A stretch of DNA of 64,000 nucleotides. It comes from Octopus sinensis. Its lineage: Eukaryota. Numbering within the stretch: position 1 is the first letter of the stretch; each line of letters opens with the position of its first letter. Of the stretch, positions 38,786 to 50,130 are shown in pieces. The notes beneath the pieces are model-generated. The model was not told the DNA's origin. It made no database searches and was given only the letters and a program-made list of their open reading frames with translations. The translations under genes were made by a program, and so were the position numbers. The stretch lies in the NCBI RefSeq assembly GCF_006345805.1, contig NC_042998.1:198090001-198154000 (forward strand), in the 5' to 3' direction.

Positions 38786-39452
38786 ACTATATATATACTT
38801 AATAGATATACTTAATCTGGTAGTCATTTCATCAGCTCCTATTTATTCAATCGAAATACACCCTATTGTGGAGTTATCATTCTTTTACATTATCACAAGG
38901 TATTTACATTGATTTCTACCTGAACAGACTGGAATAGAAGTTCATTTCTTTCACTCGTTACTTAACAGACTATAAACACTGATTACATTCTCCTAACGGG
39001 GGCAGGTACAGCCATGTAATTAAGAAGTTTGCCTCACAGCAAGTGACCCTGGATTAAGTTCTACAGTGAAAACCTTCGCTACATGACATCTATCACAGTA
39101 TTGCGTTGACCAATGCCTTGTCAATAGTGGAAACTATACACAAACCATTATTAACCCATTTAGCATTCAGATTACGCTGTCAAATGTAATGATTATTCAT
39201 TCACATTGTTTTGAATTAATCATCCATTATCTTGTGGCATACAAGTCAAGATAGCGTGTAGTGTAAACATTTAAACACAGTCACCATCTTTCCAAATCCT
39301 GCAGTATTCCACACGGGATTTTTGGTCTGCCAAAGTTATCATGGTATATATGTTAACCTATCTTTTTTGGTTGTAAATTTTGATCTGAAAAATTCAACAT
39401 GGTATGTGTATGTATATGTGTGTGTGAGTGAGCGAGAGAGAAAGAAAGACAA

Positions 39453-39494
<42 letters not shown>

Positions 39495-41604
39495 TCTCAC
39501 TTCTTCACAACTGGAATTGGTTTATGTCCACATAAATTAGTGATTTTGGCCAAAATAGATCGATAGAATAAGTACCAGACTTCAAACCTAAGTACTCAAT
39601 ATTCCAGGAATTCAATCAATGGAACTACTTATTTATTGAATCATAGAATGAGTGTTCAAATATTCCACAGAATATTCCATGGATTCTTGTACTTAATGTA
39701 ATCCTCAAAGCAGAATCAGCATGACATAATATAAGACAAGGCTAAACTTTTGAATTACAGCTGCAGGATATCGAACGGGCTTTTGCATAGTTTCCATCTA
39801 CTCAATATTACTTACTTAGATTTCGGTTAACCCAATTCTATGTTAAAACAACATGCAACATGATTGAACTCAGGATTACATAACTGCAAAGCAAACATCT
39901 TAACCACCCAGCCATGACTGTGCCCACTCTGGATATTGCAGATCAGTATGATATAAACCAATATTCTGGATATTATCAGGACAGTGTTATATAATTCTGT
40001 GTGATATTCTTAATATTGTAAGACAGCATTATATAGGATCATATATTAGTTATAGGCTACTGTACAATACTATGGATTCATATGGATTCATATGACATTA
40101 TATGCTTATATAATACTATAGGTTGCTACAGGGTATTATCAAAAAATGGATCAAAGATCCTTCCTAAGCCATAGCCTCATAAGGTTGGTTACCCAGATTC
40201 TGTAGTATATATATTTCACAAACACACACGCCTCCATGGAGAGGTCACTGGACCATTACAGGACAGGGTATTATAGTATAATAATATAAGCTCACATACA
40301 ATATTAGTACAAGTAACAGTAAAGTAATGAAACTGATTTGCAATGATGTAATTTGACAAAATAAACCAGGATATATTATAAGTATGATATTAATATCTGG
40401 CAGAGAGGATTCAGTCCATTCTATTACCAAACTCTATGCTTTAGTGCAAAGATAGGAAAGACAAACTTTCCTATCCAAACTGCAATACATTCAATAAAGA
40501 TTCTTAGATAAAACGTTTTAATATTCATGTGCACATAATGGCACAGATCCAGTTTTAACAGGAATCTGTTGCCAAACATCTCACACATGAACATGACAAA
40601 CATCAGGATTTCAAATAAAAGTTATTATCCAAGGCCTTCTTAATTAAAAACGTATTGTCGACAATTGTTAATTTGGTTGAAGCACTCTTATAAAAGTATG
40701 ACATTTCTATTATCTGGATTTCTGAGAGCAAAAATTTACACTTCAGCTCATTTCATTGATATCCTAATCTACTTAGCTTCAAGTGCATATCTTTTCTGAC
40801 ATTTCTTATTTTCTGAATTAAATTAATTTTACTTATTTGGTATAGATAAACCTACACTTCAATACCTCTTGGTAGACGATTTATTGTGGTTATATGACTT
40901 GTACCAATGCATGCAGAAATATTTTAATTATTGCACACTATTTCTATGCAGTACAAAAAGGCTTTACTGTGAAAGATCTCAGGGGTTGTGAGGGCCAGAC
41001 AGGTTTTCAGCCACACATTGAGACAGCTTTTACATGGATACCCTATCTGCGAAAAGTAGTAAGACAAATCCTTCTTAAATCATACTCTACTATCTTAAAA
41101 AAAAAAAGAAAAGCACATTGCATAATACAGGTAAATATACAAAAGGAGGAGGTGGTCATGGTTGAAACGTCTTTGATCATAAGTCTGTTTGATCAAGGCT
41201 ATCAAGGACTAACTAGAAATAGCTGCAACACTATTATTTTTGGAACAGTGAAACTTGAAGTAGATAAAGCAATAAATAACAGCAAATAAATATTGGATCT
41301 AAAAAAGCCTTTCACTTTTTCTATCCCAAGACTTTTTAAACCTAATATTTACACACTAATACTTATAGCATTATCTGCTTCAAGCTTCAATGTTCCAAAA
41401 CAGAATTATTACACATCTTCTCAAGATTTATAAATTCTTATGGCATCAGCAACATTTATTGGTATAATGTAATATTTTACATATCTAGAAGTGTGTGGCT
41501 GACTAAGTTTGTCTATATGTGTTAAAGACAGCTCACTTCCCCACATATAAAATACAATGACACCAGAGCCATATACTACACTCTGCATAACACTACCACT
41601 ACAT

Positions 41605-41872
41605 TATAATAATAATAATGAAATTATTGTATACAGTGCTCAGGTGCACCACAACTTGTCAGAAAGTGCGTATAAAGCATATGCAGTAATGTACAAATGT
41701 CTGGGAAGCGAACAGTGTATGAGTCAGATACATGCTTACGTGTGTATGGAGGGGAGAGAAAATTAAGTGTAGTGTTGGCGAATCTCAGGAAGCATGGAAG
41801 TTTTGAAGGATGCAGTGCTCGGACAACTAACAACTGATGCCAGCAGTTTGTTCCATGCTTCAGCAACTCTTA
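41605..41872 (-). mobile_element. CR1-clade LINE 3' end
   Basis: Reverse complement of 63695-63970; (ATT)n tail. Confidence 0.85.
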
Positions 41873-42257
41873 GCTTCAAACAGCTCTACATCACACAATA
41901 CAATGGATTCCTGATTGCCTTGTTGCAATGACCACAGCATTGTATTCCAGAGCTGACCTGAGGATAAACAACATGTCCTCCTACAACACTTCACTCCTTG
42001 ACCATACTGTAGCACTTCTCCACTATACTCAAGACAATTCAAAAATCAATGTTAAAAAAAATAGACTGACAGAAATCAGATAGATGTGTGACATATTTAA
42101 CATTCTAAATTCCTCTCTCAGAAGATGTCTTTGTAATAATTGCACTTAAAGTTCCAGCTAAATTTTTTTCAGTAAAATCACATTACTTAATGTTATACCA
42201 AAATCTCCATCAGATAATATTTGTGTAATCACTCATCCTACTCAATGTCCTGCCTTT

Positions 42258-42485
42258 AACCCTCCAACACGGAGTATAGGCCACTTATAGTTGAATTCCA
42301 TGTTGCATGATTTTTCGCTTCTCTACTTATACTCTGCCATGAATGTCCCCCTTTCTCTAGTTCCTTTTGAGTTGATCTACGCCACAAGTTCTTAGGCCTA
42401 CCTCTCCTTCTATATCCAACCGGTTTCCACTTTAAAGCACTTTCGCTACATTTAGTCTCTCAAAGCCCAACCCCTTGTCCTTGTC
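42258..42485 (-). mobile_element. RTE LINE 3' fragment
   Basis: LKWKPVGYRRRGRPKNLWRRSTQKELEKGGHSW. Confidence 0.75.
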
Positions 42486-43095
42486 ATCAGAGATGGAAAC
42501 AGGTAAAGCTCTGGTGAAGTTGAATGGGCTAATCACCCGTGCAATGGATTTTTTCCAAATTGATTACGAAAGCACTGATAGTTGACAAATCTTGTCCTAT
42601 TAATTTACCATCCTACTCAATGCAAAAACAAAATTTCTTTTCAATAAATTCTATTATATTTCAGGTGGAAACCCATATTTCAAGACTGGATCTTTAGACT
42701 GAATGGTTAACAGTGTGAAGACAGATCAGTTAATAATATGCAAACAATGGTTGACAGTATGAAGACAGAATTGTTGACATTATGACGACAGAATGACATG
42801 AACTTGGATAACAATTTTCTCCAATACCATTTGCAATGCAACTGGACACATCATCTTTGCTTATCCTCTAACTGTTTCAGGTGTTACAACAATCAGACAC
42901 ACTCACTCTAGCAACTCAACTAGGACTGATCAAACCTCGTCTTCTGACCAGGTAGCACTGACTCATATAGCATTACTCCATCCATGTCTCACATCACTCG
43001 ATCCACAGCCAACTTGAAGCAACTTCTGCAGTCTTGGCAGCTAACTCAGTAGATTTCTGCCTTAACATTGTTAAACATTTCAATCAACTCTCCCA

Positions 43096-43277
43096 GTATC
43101 ATAAGTCAACACATGATCATAAGTCAACTCATGATCATAAGTCAACTCATGATCATAAGTCAACTCATGATCATAAGTTAACTCATGATCATAAGTCAAA
43201 TCATGATCATAAGTCAAATCATGATCATAAGTCAACTCATGATCATAAGTCAAATCATGATCATAAGTCAAATCATG
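43096..43277. repeat. 18-bp minisatellite (TCATGATCATAAGTCAA[C/A]) x ~10
   Basis: Direct reading; each unit contains the palindrome ATGATCAT. Confidence 0.95.
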
Positions 43278-43322
43278 CAGAGCTGATTGGCTACAACTAA
43301 ACAACAACAGTAATATTCTCAC

Positions 43323-43382
43323 CATCTCTATGGTAGTTCTCATTGTTGACCTGGTCCAGATATTCACCGTTGAATTGATTAG
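43323..43382 (-). CDS. NPDC1: Candidate upstream coding exon (60 nt, phase 1-1): xNQFNGEYLDQVNNENYHRD
   Basis: Strong acceptor ttttctattctattttgcag|CT and donor GAT G|gtgaga, open frame, phase-compatible with the 534-nt exon (G+GT = Gly). Assignment to the same gene is inferred from strand and phase only. Confidence 0.65.
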
Positions 43383-44220
43383 CTGCAAAATAGAATAGAA
43401 AAGTAATTAACACAGGTGTAATCAACACAGGTGTTATTAAATAATCATGGTTTCTGTTTAGTTTTTATCTTTTAATTATTTCAAAATTATGTTTTTCCTC
43501 AAGGTTATAATTTTCCGCACTATTATGATCGTCTTTAGACTATATATTTACAATATTTATATTAACATCACTTTTTGATTAGCTCAACTTCCAACTGCCA
43601 GCATGCCTCAGGTGGATTCAAATGAGGAACCTTCGTTTGTGCTATAACCTTAATATTTGATTTGTACTCTATGATTAGAACATTCAAGATAGTTTGAGAG
43701 AATAATTAAAGCTTGGAGAAGTCAAGTTTGAACTAATTTACTACGTGACATATATTCCATGCTAACCACTCCACAATGTTACAGGAAACCTAACAATGTT
43801 TACACCATTAGCAACAGAGTATTAGATTATCAGAACCATATATTATATACACATTATCATACACAGACTGTCAATGTACACATCATCATCATCATTATCA
43901 TTATTTTAATGTCCACTTTTCTATGCTTGCATGAGAGAAACAGTACAAGAAATACACATTATGAGGCAGAGAAATTTAAATAGTGTGCATGCTAGCATGG
44001 AAGACGGATGTTAAACGATGATGATGATGATGTGTGCTCAGTAACACCCTGAATTATCACATTCAGAAACATACACACATTATCCTCTATAAAAACACAC
44101 ATACACAAACATTATCATATACAGAAACACAAATTATCATGTATAAAAATGTACATTATTGCATAGAGAAACACAAACATTATATTGTACAGAAATTGTT
44201 TCCAGCATAGGGCTATTCAA

Positions 44221-44826
44221 TACCTATTTCTTTACTGCCCACAAGGGGCTAAACACAGAGGGGACAAACAAGGACAGACAAACGAATGAAGTCGATTACA
44301 TCGACCCCAGTGCGTAACTGGTACTTATTTAATCGACCCCGAAAGGATGAAAGGCAAAGCCGACCTCGGCAGAATTTGAACTCAGAATGTAAGACAGACG
44401 AAATACCTATTTCTTTACTACCCACAAGGGACTAAACACAGAGAGGACAAACAAGGACAGACAAACGGATCAAGTCGATTACATCGACCCCAGTGCGTAA
44501 CTGGTACTTATTTAATTGACCCCGAAAGGATGAAAGGCAAAGCCGACCTCGGCAGAATTTGAACTCAGAATGTAAGACAGACGAAATACCTATTTCTTTA
44601 CTACCCACAAGGGACTAAACACAGAGAGGACAAACAAGGACAGACAAACGGATCAAGTCGATTACATCGACCCCAGTGTGTAACTGGTACTTATTTAATC
44701 GACCCCGAAAGGATGAAAGACAAAGTCGACCTTGGCGGAATTTGAACTCAGAACGTGGCGACAGACAAAGTACTGCTAAGCATTTTGCCCGGTGTGCTAA
44801 CGTTTATGCCAGTTGGCTGCCTTATA
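44221..44826 (-). mobile_element. S2 SINE trimer with 10-bp TSD
   Basis: Junctions at ~44403 and ~44587. TSD ATTCAATACC at 44215-44224 and 44827-44836. Confidence 0.9.
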
Positions 44827-45124
44827 ATTCAATACCATAGACCTCAGTACATGACTGGTGCTTTTTCAACTTCAAAAGGATGATCACAGTGGGATTTGAA
44901 CTCAGAATATAAATAGTTAGAACAAATACCACAAGGTATTGCCATTATCGTGCATAGAAATACACATTATCATGTACACCAACACACATACATAACATCA
45001 TATACAGAAATTCAAACACCTTAGTATGAACACAGACATACACATATTATCATGTACAGGAACACACACACATCCATAATCAGAAACACAACTACACACA
45101 CATATATACACACACACATACAAC

Positions 45125-45224
45125 ATCATGTACATATATTCACACTAGCATGTACATAAATACACACACACACACACGAGTATATAACACAAACTAGCAT
45201 ATAACACAAACAAGTATATACACA

Positions 45225-45265
<41 letters not shown>

Positions 45266-45579
45266 ACACTAGCCTGTACACAGATATACAAACACTAGCA
45301 TGTGCACATATACTCACAAACAAGTATATACACAAACACACACACACACACACACACTAACATGCACACAAACACACATACTAGCATGTACACAGACATA
45401 CAAACACTAGCATGTACACAAACACACACACGTGCACGCGCACACATACACACACACACACACACACTAGATACACAAACACACACATACACAGTAACAT
45501 GCACACAAACACACACACACACATACACACACACACACACACTAACATGTACACATATACTCACACACACACACACACA

Positions 45580-45631
<52 letters not shown>

Positions 45632-46928
45632 CATGCTGTATGAATTTCCAATTAATTCTGGAGTTTTGTTCTGTTATTTGGTTCGTTTAACAGAAAGAAT
45701 TAAAGACAACACCAAACTGTGCCCACGACACCAGGTTGAGGAGGAGGAGGAGGAGGAGGGTGGCGGCAGTGAGTTGTGGTGAGAGAGAGAGAGAGAGAGA
45801 AGGAGGGGGAGAGAGAGAAGGAGGGAGAGAGAGAGAAGGAGGGAGAGAAAGAGAAGGAGGGCGAGAGAGAGAAAGAGGGAGGGAGGGAGAGTGAAGGATG
45901 CAGAGAGAGAGGAGGGAGAGAGAGAGAGAGAAGGAGTGAGAGAGAGAAGGAGAGAGAGAGGAGGGAGAGAGATAAGGAAGAGAGAATGAGCGAGAGAGAG
46001 AGAGGAGAGAGAGAAGGAGAGAGAGAGGAGGGAGAGAGAGAGAAGGAGGGAGAGAGAGAAGGAGAGAGAGAGAAGGAGGGAGAGAGAGAAGGAGGGAGAA
46101 AGATGAGAGAGCGAGGAAGGAGAGAGAGAAGGTGAGAGAGAGGAGAGAGAGAGAAGGAGAGAGAGAGAGAGAAGGAGAGAGAGAGAGAGAAGGAGAGGAG
46201 AGAGAGAAGGAGGGAGAGATGTGATGGAAGGTGTGTGTGTGTGGGGGGGAGGGAATTCCAATATTGCATAAGAATTTCTCAGAAGATTACCATCTTTAAA
46301 TGAGATACGAGTGATGGTGGGGGGGGGGAATATGTTGAGATGCAAGCAAGTGGTGTCGGTTGTGGTTGTGGTTGTGGTGGTGGTTGTGGTTGTGGTTACA
46401 GTAAGGTGGTGGTAACAGAGATAGAAGAACAAAGTGGTGGAAGGCAGGGTGTCGGCAGTGAAAGTAAAGTGGTGGTAATGATTGCTGTAATGGTGACGGC
46501 GGTGGCAGCAGTGGTGATGGTGGTGGTGGTGGTGGTGGTAGTGGTGATGGTGGTAGTGGTGGTGGTGATGGTGGTAGTGGTAGTGGTGGTAGTGGTGGTG
46601 GGGGTGGAGGTTATTAGCAAAGTTGGAAGGAAAAGAGACAATACTTCCTTGTGAAGGAAACGATGATGCAGCTATACTGCTTGCACACACACACACACAC
46701 ACACATACACACACACACATACACACACAGCACTGCACATGCAAATATATATATATATATATACTGCACACAAAGACATGCTCTGCTACACACACACACA
46801 CACGCACACACACACATATACAGACATGTACTGCTATACACACATACTGCTGCACACACACACACACAACACACACACACATATATATAGACATGTACAG
46901 CTATACACACACACTGCTGCACACACAC

Positions 46929-46968
<40 letters not shown>

Positions 46969-47003
46969 CATATATAGACATGTACTGCTTTACACACACA
47001 CTG

Positions 47004-47046
<43 letters not shown>

Positions 47047-47085
47047 CACACATATACAGACATGTACTGCTATACACACACACTG

Positions 47086-47144
<59 letters not shown>

Positions 47145-47177
47145 GACATGTACAGCTATACACACACACTGCTGCAC

Positions 47178-47216
<39 letters not shown>

Positions 47217-47249
47217 CAGACATGTACAGCTATACACACACACTGCTGC

Positions 47250-47284
<35 letters not shown>

Positions 47285-48400
47285 AACACACATGCCATGA
47301 CACATGCAAACACGTACCACTGCACATGTACTGTTGCACATATGTGCAGCTGTGCACATGTAATGCCAGCAGCTGAATTTGGTTCAATACTCTTTCATTT
47401 CAAGAATTGGAATAGTTTTCTGGGGACCCAATGGTAACGGCAGTGGTGGTGGTGGTGGTGGTGGTGGTGGTGGTGGTGGTAGTGGTGGTGGTGGTGGTGG
47501 TGGTGGTGGTGTGGTGGTGGTGGTGGTGGTGGTGGTGGTGGTGGTGGTTGGTGGTGGTGGTGGTGGTGGTGTTGGTGGTAGTGGTGGTGGTGGTGGTGGT
47601 GGTGGTGCAGTGGTGGTGGTGTGGTGGTGGTGGTGTTGGTGGTGGTGGTGATGGTGGTGTGGTGGTGGTGGTGCAGTGGTGGTGGTGGTGGCTGTGTTGG
47701 TGGTGGTGGTGGTGGTGGTGGTGGTGGTGGTGGTAGTGGTGGTGGTGGTGGCGGTGGTGGTGGTGGTGGTGGTGGTGATGATGGTGGTGATGGTGGTGGT
47801 GGTGGTAGTGGTGGTGGTAGCAGTGGTGGTGGTGATGGTGGTGGTGGTGGTGGCAGTGGAGACAGTGCGAGGTAGTTGTGGTAGCAATTAATGTAGTGGT
47901 GGTGGTCATGGTGGTGACAGAGGCAGTGGTAGGTTTGATGATGGTGGTAGCGATAGTAGTATCATTACTATAGCAGTGGCTTTTGTTGTTGTTGTTGTTG
48001 TAATGGTGGAGGCGATGGTTGTGGTGGTGGTGTTGGTGGTGGTATAGTGATTGTTTGTAGTTGTTGTTGTTGTTGTTGTAGTGGTGGTGTGGCCTTACTC
48101 TCCAGCTGCCAATGTCACGGTGATCAGTGCCGTAGGTCGCAGGGAGAAAAGGGAACGAGAGAGGCAGGTAAACGTAGATAGACAGAAAGTACAATAGAGA
48201 GTGGAGACATGAAAATAAAGATGAAGAAGAAGAGATAAAAAGAAAGACATAGGAATGGGCAGAAGGGAAAAGGAAGAGAAATAAAGAGACTGATAGAAAG
48301 ATGAAGTGAGGAAAAAGAGAGAGAGAGAGAGAGAGAGACATAGACAGAGAGAGGATGCAAGAGACATAGAGAGAGAGAGAGCGAGAGAGAGAGAGAGGAA
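45125..48400. repeat. Back-to-back simple repeat block: CA, GA, GGT, CA-minisatellite, GGT, GA
   Basis: Direct reading. Confidence 0.95.
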
Positions 48401-48772
48401 ATTGAGGAAGAGTAATATAACAAAGTAGAAACAGCAAGATAGAGAGTTTTCAGTTGAGATGGAGATTATATATATATATAACTTAGCTGTTCGGCAAAAG
48501 AGACCGATAGAATAAGTACTGGGCTTACAAAGAATAAGTCCTGGGGTCGATTTGCTTGACTAAAGGTGGTGCTCAAGCATGGCCGCAGTCAAGTGACTGA
48601 AACAAGTAAAAGAGTATATATAATAGATTATATATATATCATCATCATCATCATCGTTTAGCGTCCGTTGATGATGATGATGATGACGATATATATATAA
48701 TCTATTATATATATATATATATATATACTCTTTTACTTGTTTCAGTCTTTTGACTGTGGCCATGCTGGAGCA

Positions 48773-48813
<41 letters not shown>

Positions 48814-48937
48814 ATATGTATATATATATAATCTATTATGTATATATATATACATATATATATATATCTATTATGTATATATATATATATATATATAATC
48901 TATTATGTATATGTATATATATATATAATCTATTATG

Positions 48938-48970
<33 letters not shown>

Positions 48971-49714
48971 TATATTATATATATATATATATGATAGATT
49001 ATATATATATTATATATTATATATAATAGATATAGATAGTAATAAGCAAAGAAAAGTAGAAAAAGATGAGTGAGATTATGTAACAAAGAAGGAGAGAGAG
49101 AGAGAGGGCAGGTAGTCAGGTAGATAAACAGGCTGATAGACAGACAGGTAGATGGAAAAGCAGAGGCCAATATGGTGGGGGGGTAGGCAACGTCAGAATA
49201 ACAGAGGCAGATAGACAGACAGACAGACAGATTTATAGATAGATAAAGAAGGTAAGTATTAGGAAATTCTTGGATTGGTGGAGACAGAGTCAAGAAGAAG
49301 AAGAAGATAATAAGAAAGCAAAAAAATATAATAAAATAATGAAGAAACTTTAAAGAATTGACTGGATTCAAATTGAAAGGAACAGAAATCAATAGAAGCT
49401 GGAGAATGAAGAATTATTCTCTAAAAAGTCTTAGAGCAGATCGTCTTTATGCCATTATTGTGGTGTAAGTAATTGAGCTTAAATTAAAGTGAGGTATAGG
49501 TAGAAACAAAAGCCCAGCTTCAGTAAACAACATGCTTCGGTGAACTCAGGAGTTTACACTCAGTGAACCTGATATGTCTTCTGTAATGCAGATTTCATCA
49601 AGCTTTATATAATGTGAACAGAAATACCCGGCGTTGCTTGGGCACCAAATATATATATAGAATTTTTTTTTATTGTTAGATTCAAATTATTTAACTTTTA
49701 GCAAGTTTTTACAT

Positions 49715-49880
49715 AGAGGCGCAGGAGTAGCTGTGTGGTAAGTAGCTTGCTTACCAACCACATAGTCCTGGGTTCAGTCCCACTGCGTGGCACCTTGGGC
49801 AAGTGTCTTCTACTATAGCCTCGGGCCGACCAAAGCCTTGTGAGTGGATTTGGTAGACGGAAACTGGAAGAAACCTGTTG

Positions 49881-49912
<32 letters not shown>

Positions 49913-50130
49913 TATATGTATATGTTTGTGTGTCTGTTTGTCCCCTCAACATCGCTTGACAACCGATGCTGGTGTGTTTACGTCCCTGTAACTTAGCGGT
50001 TTGGTGAAAAAGACCGATAGAATAAGTACTAGGCTTACAAGGAATAAGTCCTGGTGTCGATTTGCTTGACTAAAGTTGGTGCTCCAGCATGGCCACAGTC
50101 AAATGACTGAAACAAGTAAAAGAGTAAAGA
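49715..50130 (+). mobile_element. S1 SINE, full length
   Basis: Identity to other S1 copies. Confidence 0.85.

Noticed and set aside
40894-41289. 131-aa ORF, possible RT remnant
   Set aside because: TTG/ATG-start ORF in AT-rich DNA without recognisable RT motifs or splice signals.
43034-43388. ORFs with HDHKST / YDHELT repeats
   Set aside because: Arise from the 18-bp minisatellite; the frame of the real exon hits a stop (TAG) soon after the donor.
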